64,000 nt of DNA from an uncultured Verrucomicrobiae bacterium. GTDB lineage: Bacteria > Verrucomicrobiota > Verrucomicrobiia > Chthoniobacterales > JAATET01. The position numbers were made by a program, and so were the translations under genes. The notes under the pieces are model-generated. The model saw only the letters and a list, made by a program, of their open reading frames with translations, did no database searches and was not told where the DNA came from. Location: the NCBI GenBank assembly GCA_963719495.1, contig CAVRCI010000002.1:64001-128000 (forward strand), given 5' to 3'. Every line of letters begins with the position of its first letter. Position 1 is the first letter of the stretch. Shown piece by piece: positions 19,810-30,118 of the stretch.

Positions 19810-20003
19810 AGCTCAGAGCACCGGCCCGCTTCAAAATCGTCATCGGCTTTTTGGGCAAGGTGCTCAAGTCGTCCTTGAGAAACGTCGCTTTCAAACTGTT
19901 TATCCCATTGATCTGCAATGAAATGCTCAAACCACTCCGAAAATTTCGCGAGTTCGGTTTTCGGTAGTTGCTCCACTGCGTTCTCTAGATCGACTGTAGT
20001 CAT
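19806..20003 (-). CDS. Putative antitoxin
   Basis: WDKQFESDV..GRL motif as in 2929-3150. Confidence 0.8.
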   Translation of the reverse strand: MTTVDLENAVEQLPKTELAKFSEWFEHFIADQWDKQFESDVSQGRLEHLAQKADDDFEAGRCSEL

Positions 20004-20157
20004 GAATTCTTCTAGCCTGAACGATCAAAACTGGCAACACGTTGATCCGCCGAGAACTAGACCCAACGTCAAGCTCAGCCACCCTGAGCGGGCGACCAGG
20101 CCAACCCCACGGTGAGCTGCAGGTAGCGGATCCGAGCAACCCCAGCCAGCGAAGCGG

Positions 20158-20508
20158 CTAGGGGTTGGCTGCAGCGCCTTGTTCGGCGTATCTTGGTGTA
20201 TTCCGCTTCGGGGACATAAAGCAATATAATATAGCACCTGGAAAATTCAGGAATACAATCAATCCGACCCAAAACAGTCTGTCGGTGCTCGTCAAACTCG
20301 GATTGCGCAGTGCATGGGCTAATGTAATCACCCAAAGACATATTGCGCTCAACACAATAAATGCCCCAGCGACTTGAAAATATCCGATCTGATAGGCTAA
20401 ATCATTAACATTCGTTGATTCGTGCGAGTTGAAGTAAAAAAGTATCAGCAAAACAAATCCGACATGAAGAAGGAGTAAGCCTGCAATTGTAGTTCCTATG
20501 ACTTTCAC
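20158..20508 (-). CDS. Membrane protein with PLDc_N-like domain
   Basis: LW...L......L....RL.WV.LIVF....GAILY. Confidence 0.75.
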   Translation of the reverse strand: MKVIGTTIAGLLLLHVGFVLLILFYFNSHESTNVNDLAYQIGYFQVAGAFIVLSAICLWVITLAHALRNPSLTSTDRLFWVGLIVFLNFPGAILYCFMSPKRNTPRYAEQGAAANP

Positions 20509-20673
20509 GAGATTGCGTTTCGAAGTTAATGCGTATTTCAGAAAATTCCTAGCCGAACGTCAAGCTCAGCCACCCTGAGCGGAGCAACGAACGTTTAGGC
20601 GAGGTGTTTGCCGGAAGGGGATCGTTCGGCCAAGGCTTGCCGCTGGTCGGCTAGGGGTTGGCTGCAGCGCCTT

Positions 20674-21023
20674 GTTCGTCGGAAACGGTGACTGCACAAT
20701 GGAGGACCAGAGCGTCCGACAGGCTGACGATGATCAAATCCAGCAAGCGGCTTCGTTAGAGCATTCAGTCGAAGAGGCTTCTGTGGTCCAGATTGACTAC
20801 GCGTTATAAATATATTGCTCGTGACACGAAAAGGGCGGAACGGATTCTGGATTGATCTACTCTTGCCGCGTGAGCGCCCCAAGCCTGCATGGCAGGCGAA
20901 TAACCCTTGGGGTCGAATCGGGAGTGATCAATGGAAAGCCAGAATCGTGCTCAATCGTATGCCGAAGGGAATCGAGCAACTCTGAACTTTCCCTTGATCT
21001 CAACCCCAATAAATCAGGCGAAC
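20674..21023 (-). other. ORF-less cassette family C, copy 3
   Basis: Similar to 3320-3669. Confidence 0.85.
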
Positions 21024-21136
21024 GTCAAGCTCAGCCACCCTGAGCGGGTAACCGAGCCAACCCCCAGGTGAGCTGCCGGTAGCGGGACCGAGCAACCCCA
21101 GCCAGCGGAGCGGCTAGGGGTTGGCTGCAGCGCCTT

Positions 21137-21732
21137 GTTAGACTCGTATTTGTATTCTGCTGCTTCCACACTTGGAGAATCACGGATTCTGGATCACCAA
21201 CGGCAGTCAAACGGAATCCGAAATGTTACGGCAACTTGAGTTGTGAGGTTATCGAGAAATGCTGCTTACGATATCCGCGAACAATCCGGGCAATCGACGA
21301 CTCCAAGTTGGATCTGATTGACCGAATTCGGATCGAAAGTGACTGGTATCGGACGTCAACGATTGAAAGACAAAGGCTGCATTTCTGATGTATGAGTTTG
21401 GATTCGTTTTTAATCGGTAGTTGCAATGGGAAAATGATAACGATCCGTTACGCTTTCGCTTGATCGAGTTGTCCATCCAAACATTCAATAAGTGGCTTTG
21501 CGGTGAAAGGAACGAATATCCTCAATACGTGCGCCGTAAAAATTGCAGTGCTGCGCAAATGCACGGTTTTTGGGTCAGACCATAGATGGTTGAAAATCGC
21601 CAAAAAAATCGGGTGCTGCGCACCAAATATGACTCGTCTTCGCCTCGTTGTGGCTTCGGAGTTGACGTTTCGGGCAACAATCGGACAGGAGCTAATCAGA
21701 TATTCCGCGGAGGCTAATGGAGTGAGTCTAAC
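21137..21732 (-). other. ORF-less cassette family B (longer)
   Basis: Shares blocks with 7891-8411. Confidence 0.75.
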
Positions 21733-21845
21733 GTCAAGCTCAGCCACCCTGAACGGGCGATCTGAGGCTACTGATGATCAACTGCCGGTAGAAGGTCCGC
21801 GCAACCCCAGGAGCGAAGCGGATAGGGGTTGGCTGCAGCGCCTTG

Positions 21846-22396
21846 TTAGGCACTTTCCTGATCTGATGAAGTGTAGGGAGCTTTGTCAACGCCATAACTG
21901 GTGTATCGAAGAATCTTGAAATGTGCCACGAGAGAGATGAGCAATAGAAGCGAGGCACCGGGCGGTTGCTCTTCACCAGCAATTGCAACCTTGACTACGA
22001 ACCACCCCACGTAGGCGACAAATGAGATAAGAATGGCCAAAATCCAGTGGAGAGGCCGACGGATGAAACAAAAGCGGATCGTAATGACAGACCGAGAAAA
22101 TATACAACAGCCAAAATGCTGCCGATTGAATAGCTGTATCCCGGCGCGATTGGTATAAATATGCCAAGGATGTCAATAGCGACGGCAAGAGCCAGTAGTG
22201 AAAATATGATGGGGTATCGATGGATCAGCGGGAAACGAACATCTCGGTGTTGCTGACTCACGCTTGAACTGGTATCTGCGATACTTGCTTCGTGAGAGAA
22301 GGTTTCCCGAGGGTCCTCGTAGCACTTCTCACAATATACGTGGTTCGCGTCTCCCCAGTTTACTCGGGTGTTCTTGTTGCATGACTCGCATTTCAT
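21846..22396 (-). pseudogene. Zn-ribbon plus membrane protein, probably frameshifted
   Basis: CESC...CEKC N-terminus; hydrophobic continuation in a second frame ending at R''. Confidence 0.5.
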
Positions 22397-22528
22397 AATA
22401 TTAAGCCTAACGTCAAGCTCAGCCACCCTGAACGGGAGTTCGGATTTGACTGGTGATCATCTGCCCGTGGTGGGTGGCGCAACCCAGCCGCGAAGCGGCT
22501 AAGGGTTGGCTGCAGCGCCTTGTTCGGC

Positions 22529-22966
22529 TCACCGGATGCGACTAGCTGTCACAATTTCGTCGTCGTCTGTATTGATCAGCTTTGTATCGAAAACGTCTTC
22601 AACAATAGTAATATCCGAAAGAGGGAGCCATAGGCTTGCGTCAATTTGGTCCAAGATGTCGACTTTCCACACGCTTCCATCGTCGAGAACGATGACAGAT
22701 CCGTCTGACGCTACTTCAGATATCCAATACGAGCTTGAGGCGAGTCTTTGGATAGGTCGGCTCCGAGGCGGAGCGGGACTGGTATGCGGTGGACTATAGG
22801 TGCGTTGTGTGAAGTGTGCATTTGGATCGGGTCCGGGATCCGACGACCATCCGGTTTCTCGCTTTATTCTTAAGGCATTCGCGTTGTGTTCTGCGATTTG
22901 TTCGCGCGTCATGCTGCTGCAACCTACGCTTGCTGAAAGAACTAAATAAATAATATGTCGGTGCAT
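22529..22966 (-). CDS. Putative lipoprotein
   Basis: SVGC lipobox-like; fills cassette. Confidence 0.7.
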   Translation of the reverse strand: MHRHIIYLVLSASVGCSSMTREQIAEHNANALRIKRETGWSSDPGPDPNAHFTQRTYSPPHTSPAPPRSRPIQRLASSSYWISEVASDGSVIVLDDGSVWKVDILDQIDASLWLPLSDITIVEDVFDTKLINTDDDEIVTASRIR

Positions 22967-23156
22967 AGACAACTGAGTGAATTTGGAATTTGTGATTAGG
23001 ATCGTCAGATCTGTGGTAATTTCACTTTTTTTGTATGCCGAACGTCAAGCTCAACCACCCTGAGCGGGTAACCGAGCCAACCCCCAGGTGAGCTGCCAAT
23101 AGCGGGACCGAGCAACCCCAGCCAGCGAAGCGGCTAGGGGTTGGCTGCAGCGCCTT

Positions 23157-23439
23157 GTTCGGATCCGCATGTTCGTGGTCCCGTCGGATCTAAAATCTGC
23201 AACCTTGCTCGCCGCCATGCCGATTGATGATCGGGCCATACCAGCGAGTCAGACCGACGCGCTTTGCTACGGAAATTGACGTCGAATGGACTGCGCAAAA
23301 ATACCTTGGTTTGGGCTTCCTGCCACGCAAATCAGCCCCATTGTGGACACCTTCCGAATACACCAATTCTATACAAAGCAAATTACGAACGATCTTTTTT
23401 GCAATTCGGGCGTCCAGAAACAGGGGCATAGGTCCGAAC
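23157..23439 (-). other. Cassette family D, copy 2
   Basis: Possible 79 aa ORF 23190-23429, not intact in all copies. Confidence 0.7.
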
Positions 23440-23567
23440 GTAAAGCTCAGCCACCCTGAGCGGGAAGCCGAGCCAACCCTTAGGTGAGCTGCCGATAGCG
23501 GGACCGAGCAACCCCAGCCAGCGAAGCGGCTAGGGGTTGGCTGCAGCGCCTTGTTCGGCTGTATCTA

Positions 23568-24029
23568 TTACCGCAATATCGTATGCGGAGCGTCATCGCC
23601 GTCGACGCTTTGGGCGGGAAGGTCCTCATCGAAATGAGTCTCTTCATGATTTGTATTCATTCGAACGCGAACGCAATTTGTTAGCGTCGCTTTTGATAGG
23701 GTAATTCCGACATCTGAGATGCTTTGACGGAGGTGAAGCAACAGAAAGAGAATAGGCCCATATTCTCCTTCATCGTAGTTTTGGGGATCGATATCGTCGG
23801 GTAGTTCAAATTGCAACAGAAGAGGTCCGGTGTAGAGCGGACCTATGGTGCGAGGGCAATCTTTCAAGAGAACGATGCTCGGCGGCATTGATCGCAAATA
23901 TGAGAACCACCCTTGGCCGACCGAATCGAAATCCAGGAGATTCACTTTGACTTGGATTGAAGGACGGAGTGAAGGAATGAATCTATCCAAATAAGGACGA
24001 AGCTTCCGATGAAGCAATGCGGGAAACAT
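23568..24029 (-). CDS. Hypothetical protein
   Basis: ORF fills cassette. Confidence 0.6.
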   Translation of the reverse strand: MFPALLHRKLRPYLDRFIPSLRPSIQVKVNLLDFDSVGQGWFSYLRSMPPSIVLLKDCPRTIGPLYTGPLLLQFELPDDIDPQNYDEGEYGPILFLLLHLRQSISDVGITLSKATLTNCVRVRMNTNHEETHFDEDLPAQSVDGDDAPHTILR

Positions 24030-24134
24030 AAATTTAAAGCCGAACGTCAAGCTCTGCCACCCCGAACGGGCGACCGAACAGCGGAACGCAGTTCCGCCAA
24101 ACAGCGGGTTCGAGTTTGGTGTGACATCAAGAGG

Positions 24135-24701
24135 CTAGGGGTTGGCTGCAGCGCCTTGTTCGGGCTTCATTTTTTTGTTTTCTTTAATGATGATTGTCGA
24201 AGAAGGCGGAGTGTACGGAACGGCGCTTGTCTCAATTCTGAACGTCACTTGGAAAAAGTTTTTCGGAGGGTTCGGACCAAACGTCCAAATTCGGTAAAAC
24301 CAAGAATCTGAGTTTGAGGTAGTTCTCTGAGCTAGCCGACTTCCTTCAGGAAAATCAATGAAAGCATTTCCGGCAACATTCCCTTCTGAAGACAGATTGA
24401 AAATTAAGCGGTTGGGAACATGAGTCTGTGCATCCTGAAAAAGGAAAATTCGGATTCGATAGTTTTTGGCAGGCGGATTCAGATACGGCGTCACGTCTTG
24501 TTTAATAACTCGTCCTTCTTTGGCTTTTATCTCTGCGACCAATCGGGGATAGGTCGTGCCATCCAGAGCAAGGTCAGCGCAGAAAGGAACAACGCCGAGT
24601 GCCGATGCGAGTTTCTCAGTTTTTACGACTTGCTGTCTAATCTCCTGCGCAAAACATGACCCGAATAAAAAGCCTGTAGATACAAGAATTGAAATACGCA
24701 T
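24135..24701 (-). CDS. Hypothetical secreted protein
   Basis: Signal peptide; fills cassette. Confidence 0.7.
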   Translation of the reverse strand: MRISILVSTGFLFGSCFAQEIRQQVVKTEKLASALGVVPFCADLALDGTTYPRLVAEIKAKEGRVIKQDVTPYLNPPAKNYRIRIFLFQDAQTHVPNRLIFNLSSEGNVAGNAFIDFPEGSRLAQRTTSNSDSWFYRIWTFGPNPPKNFFQVTFRIETSAVPYTPPSSTIIIKENKKMKPEQGAAANP

Positions 24702-24833
24702 TTGTATTATGCCCGAACGTCAAGCTCAGCCACCCTGAGCGGGGTAACGAACGTCTAGGTAAGGTGTTTGCCGGATGGGAATCGGTCGGCCAAGGCTTGC
24801 CTCAGGCCGGCTAGGGGTTGGCTGCAGCGCTTT

Positions 24834-25183
24834 GTTCGTCGGAAGAGGTGACTGCATAGTGGAGGACCCGATCGTCCGACAGGCCGACGATGGTCAAATC
24901 TAGCAAGCGGCTTCGTCAGAGCATTCAGTAGAAGAGGCTTCTGAGGTCCAGATTGACTCCGCATTATAAATATATTGCTCGTGACAAGAGAAGGGCGAAA
25001 CGGATCCTGAATGGTTCTACTCATTCCGCGTGAGCGCCCCAAGCGTGCATGGCAGGCGAATAATCGTTGGCGTCGAATCGGGAGTGATCAATGGACAACC
25101 AGCATCGTGCTTAACCGTATGCCGAAGGGAATCGATCAATACTGAACTTTCCCTTGATCTCAACTCCAATAAATCAGGCGAAC
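24834..25183 (-). other. ORF-less cassette family C, copy 4
   Basis: Similar to 3320-3669. Confidence 0.85.
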
Positions 25184-25272
25184 GTCAAGTTCAGCTACCC
25201 TGAACGGGTAACCGAATTTGTCTGGTGATCTTCTGGAAATTGTGGGTCCGCGCAACCCCAAGAGCGAAGCGG

Positions 25273-25743
25273 CTAGGGGTTGGCTGCAGCGCCTTGTTCG
25301 GTGGTATTTATGATGTTTTCAGGTATGCGCTTTCCCATGCTGACACGCTCCTCAGACGTATAACCTAACGAAGTGTAAAAGCCTTGGACGCTCTCATTGG
25401 ATTGCATGATCTGAAGATTGATTTTCATGCAGCCGAGACCCGTAAGAACGCGCTCTGCTTCGTGGACCAACGCGGATCCAACCTTATTATGGCGATGCGA
25501 CGGTAAAACGGCGAGGGAATAGAGCCAACCGCGATGTCCATCGTAGCCAGCCATAATACTTCCGATGACCGTTGCCTCGGAAAGCGCGATAAAGAACAGG
25601 CCATCTTTTATTGCGAGTTTCTTATGAATAACGAGATCGGGATCGTTGTGAGAAGTCTCGTAGCGAAACACCACTCTCCAAAGAGCGGTTACTCCGGCGC
25701 GATGGACCGATTCGTTAAACGGGGCGATGATGTGGAAATGCAT
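25273..25743 (-). CDS. GNAT acetyltransferase (YpeA-like)
   Basis: GSIMAGYDGHRGWLYSLAV...GC.KINLQ. Confidence 0.9.
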   Translation of the reverse strand: MHFHIIAPFNESVHRAGVTALWRVVFRYETSHNDPDLVIHKKLAIKDGLFFIALSEATVIGSIMAGYDGHRGWLYSLAVLPSHRHNKVGSALVHEAERVLTGLGCMKINLQIMQSNESVQGFYTSLGYTSEERVSMGKRIPENIINTTEQGAAANP

Positions 25744-25898
25744 TTGTTATTATCACCGAACGTCAAGCTCAGCCACCCTGAGCGGGCAAACAAGCCAACC
25801 CCCAGGTGAGCTGCCGATTGCGTGACCGAGCAACCCCAGCCAGCGAAGCGGCTAGGGGTTGGCTGCAGCGCCTTGTTAGCCCTGTATTGAATTTATTC

Positions 25899-26261
25899 TC
25901 ATATCGGAAGAATTCGAACACGAGTGCGATTTGGAAGAATTGTAACGATGGCACCTTTTTCGAGTTGTTCGGAAAATGAATCTATTACTGTCAGAACTGT
26001 TGATCCGAGCGCTTCGGGCGTGATATCGTCAACGCGAGCTTGAATGACGCTGGGCTTGTGGGCGTGGGAATGAGCAAGCAGGGTTCCAAAGTCGAGATCG
26101 TGTGTTAAAATTACGAGGTTCTCAGCTCGAGCATGTTCGAAAATCACATGGTCCTTCGCATTCCGGGGTCCAACAGACGACCAGTGGAATGAATGAATCT
26201 TGTTTTGGCTGAAGAATGGGATCCATTCTTCGGGTAGGCACACGTCGACGAGAATTGTCAT
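25899..26261 (-). CDS. DUF5615 PIN-like toxin
   Basis: LVDVCLP...D..I...A......ILTHDLDFG...RVRILPI. Confidence 0.88.
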   Translation of the reverse strand: MTILVDVCLPEEWIPFFSQNKIHSFHWSSVGPRNAKDHVIFEHARAENLVILTHDLDFGTLLAHSHAHKPSVIQARVDDITPEALGSTVLTVIDSFSEQLEKGAIVTILPNRTRVRILPI

Positions 26262-26482
26262 GCAGCCTGTAGTTCTGCATCATAGGCCTCCGCGAGCCAG
26301 GTAGCGTATGAGAGCGCTGCGGAAATATCCTCAGCTTCCAGAAAAGGATACATGCCAAGTACCTTGGCTCGGTCGTGACCGGCGGCAATTAACCCTGTAA
26401 TCGTGCCGACAGTTATCCGCATGTTCCGAATACAGGGCTTTCCACCCATCAACGCTGGATCTCTTGTGATACGCTCGTGCAT
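26258..26482 (-). CDS. DUF433 antitoxin
   Basis: RIT.DP..MGGKPCIR.MRITV...YP.LE.EDI. Confidence 0.9.
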   Translation of the reverse strand: MHERITRDPALMGGKPCIRNMRITVGTITGLIAAGHDRAKVLGMYPFLEAEDISAALSYATWLAEAYDAELQAA

Positions 26483-26663
26483 GCCGGAACGTAGAACATT
26501 GCCCATGCTGCGACAACAGCAATTTATGGGCTAACGTCAAGCTCAGCCACCCTGAGCGGGCAATCAAGCCAACCCTGAGGTGAGCTGCCGGTAAGGGGTT
26601 CGAGCAACCCCAGCCAGCGAAGCGGCTAGGGGTTGGCTGCAGCGCCTTGTTAGCTCTGTATCG

Positions 26664-26984
26664 CTATTGTAAATCGAGAGAAAAACGGAGTGCATTCTTT
26701 ACCGCTTCCATTTGATCCTGCGAAAGAGACCCAAGCCGTCGGCCGAATTCGTGGTGCTGGATCGCCTGCAATCCTTGAGTGTTCACGAAACTGTAGCGAT
26801 CAAGGAATCGTTGCTTCCCGATATCGACTTCGTATTTGCTCTCTCTTGAGTTTGTGGTGATAGGAGCGCAGATGGATAATGCTCGTGGGGCGTCGGGATC
26901 ACGACGTGAAACGATGAGCATCGGTCGGGGCTTCGCAGCTATCCCAAGGTCAACTAGGTAGATTTCACCCGGACTAGTCGTCAT
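26664..26984 (-). CDS. mazF: PemK/MazF family toxin
   Basis: PGEIYLVDLG...KPRP.LIVS...PITT...LG.LS..QM..V..AL. Confidence 0.88.
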   Translation of the reverse strand: MTTSPGEIYLVDLGIAAKPRPMLIVSRRDPDAPRALSICAPITTNSRESKYEVDIGKQRFLDRYSFVNTQGLQAIQHHEFGRRLGSLSQDQMEAVKNALRFSLDLQ

Positions 26985-27210
26985 ACAATGAGTCCAACGT
27001 CGCCGCACGGATGGCGACCGGTAGAAGAATGTCGGAATTGTCCTCTTTCACTCGGAGATCGAAGGGCAATCCTCGATGAATCCGAACTTGGTGAAGAAAA
27101 ATACGAATGGCTTCTGTAGTTGTGAGACCGAGTTCTCCCAAGATTTGCTCTGAATCCTGCTTCAGACGGTCGTCCACTCTTGCGCGAACATACGATTCTT
27201 TGAGTGCCAT
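26974..27210 (-). CDS. RelB/DinJ family antitoxin
   Basis: VRARVD..LK...E.IL..LGLT..EAIRIFL.Q......LPF. Confidence 0.88.
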   Translation of the reverse strand: MALKESYVRARVDDRLKQDSEQILGELGLTTTEAIRIFLHQVRIHRGLPFDLRVKEDNSDILLPVAIRAATLDSLYDD

Positions 27211-27379
27211 GTCCGAATGTAGTTCTGGCGTGCTACGGAGGTCAAGCTGAATGTCATGAGCTAACGTCAAGCTCAGCCACCCCGAACGGGCAATCAAGCC
27301 AACCCTGAGGTGAGCTGCCAAAAGCGGGAACGAGCAACCCCAGCCAGCGAAGCGGCTAGGGGTTGGCTGCAGCGCCTTG

Positions 27380-27841
27380 TTAGGCGAATTCTTTACTCAT
27401 TCGAATGCTCGTGGGTTCAAACTGAGCTTTCCTGTATAGATTCATTGCTGCTGAATTTCTTGGGAAGACGCTTAATGAAATACGATTGACGCCGTGCTCG
27501 CGCGAATATGCTTCGGCAGACTGCAATGATTTATAGCCGAACCCTCTCTTGCGAAAGGATTCTTTTATCAAAAGATCTAGTATAAACGCCTCCTTTCCCG
27601 TTGGACGATCAATAAAGGTGAGCCAAATATAACCGATTGCATCAGGTGAATTCTTTATTCGTATTGAGAGAAGATGTTGATTGTCAGATTCCTGTCCGTC
27701 CGGAAGGAGCTTTTCAATCTGAGCCTTTGCAATTTCTGCCGATGGCCATGTCCCATCTCGTCCGTCTGTTGTGAAGTCGTTCAGTGCATACTCCATATAG
27801 TCGCGAAATTCGGTTGGAGTCATTTGGAGCAAGGCGATCAT
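27380..27841 (-). CDS. GNAT acetyltransferase
   Basis: IGYIW...FRKRGFG...LSVF..N..A..LY.K. Confidence 0.88.
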   Translation of the reverse strand: MIALLQMTPTEFRDYMEYALNDFTTDGRDGTWPSAEIAKAQIEKLLPDGQESDNQHLLSIRIKNSPDAIGYIWLTFIDRPTGKEAFILDLLIKESFRKRGFGYKSLQSAEAYSREHGVNRISLSVFPRNSAAMNLYRKAQFEPTSIRMSKEFA

Positions 27842-27983
27842 CTGTGTATTTGTATGCCTAACGTCAAGCTCAGCCACCCTGAGCGGGCAATCAAGCCAAC
27901 CCTGAGGTGAGCTGCCAATAGCTGGTCCGAGCAATCCCAGCCAGCGAAGCGGCCAGGGGTTGGCTGCAGCGCCTTGTTAGGCC

Positions 27984-28316
27984 TCAGGCTATCTCTACAA
28001 TTGGTTCGCCTGATTCAAGTAAACGAAGTGCCTCGTTAAGCTGAAAAGCCAGTTTTGATTTCAGCGTGGCTTCGGAGGTATTGCCACAGGTAAGCCAAAT
28101 GACCTTGGGTGGCGGTCCAAATCGTTCGACAAGATCGATGAAATCTCGATCTTTACTCATGATTATTGTTCCCGGCACCCGCGCTGCATCAAATATGTTG
28201 ATGTCCGGCGAATCTCGCATCTGGAGATCTCTTATCGGATAGGCTTCGATCAGGAATGTTTCTCGAATCCATCTGGCAACGCGAGGCGAGATGTGTGCAT
28301 CCACCCAAATCGTCAC
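27984..28316 (-). CDS. DUF5615 PIN-like toxin
   Basis: WVDAHISP...SKDRDF...GPPPKVIWL.CGN. Confidence 0.88.
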   Translation of the reverse strand: MTIWVDAHISPRVARWIRETFLIEAYPIRDLQMRDSPDINIFDAARVPGTIIMSKDRDFIDLVERFGPPPKVIWLTCGNTSEATLKSKLAFQLNEALRLLESGEPIVEIA

Positions 28317-28531
28317 GCCGCGAGTATCGGATGGTCAACGCGCTGACGAGCGAACAAAAGACTAGCCGTAATGTCGTCGGGTTCCAAATCGGGGAGTTCG
28401 TCGAGAATCTGCGCGGATGACAACCCGTTGGCGAGTAAGTCAAGGACATCGGTTACCCGTATTCTCATGCCCCGAATGCACGGACGACCTCCGCATTTCC
28501 CGGCTTCTGATGTGATGCGATCACTTGTCAT
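28313..28531 (-). CDS. DUF433 antitoxin
   Basis: CGGRPCIRGMRIRV.DVL. Confidence 0.9.
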   Translation of the reverse strand: MTSDRITSEAGKCGGRPCIRGMRIRVTDVLDLLANGLSSAQILDELPDLEPDDITASLLFARQRVDHPILAA

Positions 28532-28697
28532 GCTTCGACGAGATTACTTCGGCGGGATACGCTAGTCAATTGTTTCATGGCCTAACGTCAAGCTCAGCCA
28601 CCCTGAGCGGGCGACCGAGCTTGTCTGGTGTGAACTGCCATCTGCGCGTTTCTCAACCCCAGCCGCAATGCGGCTAGGGGTTGGCTGCAGCGCCTTG

Positions 28698-29273
28698 TTA
28701 GGGCCGTATTTCTTGTCTGAGCCTAGTGATTGCCGCACGAATTTGAGCCTTGCGTTCAGATGGCAATGGATATGGGAACAAAGCATGACGACCTGTTGCC
28801 ATCGATAGCGCCATTTCAACGTCGTCTAAAAACTTTGTCTGTTCCTCTCTTGATAAACTCGGCAAAATTCGGTTTACGATATCTGGACAGCGATCAAATA
28901 ACGCTAAAGCCAGCCGTTTCCACGGTGGCCAAATACCAGCCGTCATTTTTATTTGAAACGTTAAAAGTGTCATGGCTACTTGATCGTCAGGATAATCTTT
29001 CAAATATTCAGATGCTTTTGCGATTTCTTGTCCAGATACAGCTTCTTGAAACTCAATTATTAGATGGTCCTCGACATTACCGGGTGAAGTTTGTCTTTCT
29101 GTCAAATATGTTTGGACTTCGATAATGGAAATAGCGCGTCGATACGTGTTTAGAACGTCAGTTCGAGGGTCGCTAACGTCAATCAGTTTGCCAGCTGCTG
29201 GCTTCCATGCATCAGCCGTATAGATAAACGCAGCGCAAGCTACTATAGTGGAGAATTTTTGGGTGATGTGCAT
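28698..29273 (-). CDS. Hypothetical secreted protein
   Basis: Signal-like N-terminus; fills cassette. Confidence 0.7.
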   Translation of the reverse strand: MHITQKFSTIVACAAFIYTADAWKPAAGKLIDVSDPRTDVLNTYRRAISIIEVQTYLTERQTSPGNVEDHLIIEFQEAVSGQEIAKASEYLKDYPDDQVAMTLLTFQIKMTAGIWPPWKRLALALFDRCPDIVNRILPSLSREEQTKFLDDVEMALSMATGRHALFPYPLPSERKAQIRAAITRLRQEIRP

Positions 29274-29406
29274 GATGTATTTTTGTGCCCTAACGTCAAG
29301 CTCAGCCACCCCGAACGGGCGTTGAGCGGAGCAACGCAGTTGCGCCACACAGCGGATACAAGTTTGGTGTGACAGTAGGCGGCTAGGGGTTGGCTGCAGC
29401 GCCTTG

Positions 29407-29649
29407 TTAGCTCCGTATTGTATCGCGTTCTTCAGGCTCGATATCGGGAACCGACTCCAAAATCGACAGGAGGCTGCCTGCCGAGCCTTGATCAGCTCGG
29501 GTCTTGAGGTAATCGACGGTCTTCAGGCAAGAGATTTTCTCTGCGAGAGCCAATGAAATGAACTGATTGATTGAGACACCGTCTTCCTTCGCCAGATTTT
29601 TGATCTCACGGTGGATTGAAGTGGGTAGGCGAACGCTTAAAGTAGACAT
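29407..29649 (-). CDS. Ribbon-helix-helix antitoxin
   Basis: LSVRLP.SIH......A..DGVSINQFI..ALAEK. Confidence 0.85.
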   Translation of the reverse strand: MSTLSVRLPTSIHREIKNLAKEDGVSINQFISLALAEKISCLKTVDYLKTRADQGSAGSLLSILESVPDIEPEERDTIRS

Positions 29650-29650
29650 T

Positions 29651-30058
29651 TTATAGTTGGGTTAGTAGCTCTGCTGCATCAATGACTTGTAATCCGAATG
29701 ATCGAGCTGGGATAAAATGGTTCAGATTGTAGGTGATCAAGTGAGTTGCGGATGCCGCGACCGCAAGCTCAAGAAATGACTCGTCACTTGGATCAATGAG
29801 CGTAGGTCGCCATGTGAAATAGATCTTTTGGTGGATTGAAATCGCGCAAATGTCTGCGAGGAACTGAGAGATTTGTGACTGGGTTAATGAGGGCACCATA
29901 CCGGGCCGACCGAGAACATCCTCGTATTCTAAAAATGTCGCGACCGATAGGGCCATGGTCAGCTGGCCTTCAGCGATTAGACGTAGGACCTTGTTCGACG
30001 CTCCCCTGCGAGAACGAAGGGCAGAAACGATGACGTTGGTGTCGATGACAAGATGCAC
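29651..30058 (-). CDS. PIN-family toxin
   Basis: VIDTNVIVSALRS..GAS...EYEDVL...WRP.L.DP.D...LELAV. Confidence 0.88.
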   Translation of the reverse strand: MHLVIDTNVIVSALRSRRGASNKVLRLIAEGQLTMALSVATFLEYEDVLGRPGMVPSLTQSQISQFLADICAISIHQKIYFTWRPTLIDPSDESFLELAVAASATHLITYNLNHFIPARSFGLQVIDAAELLTQL

Positions 30059-30118
30059 ATGCGATACCGTATGTGATACCGCTTCATGCGCAACTCTTTT
30101 TATGAGCTAACGTCAAGC

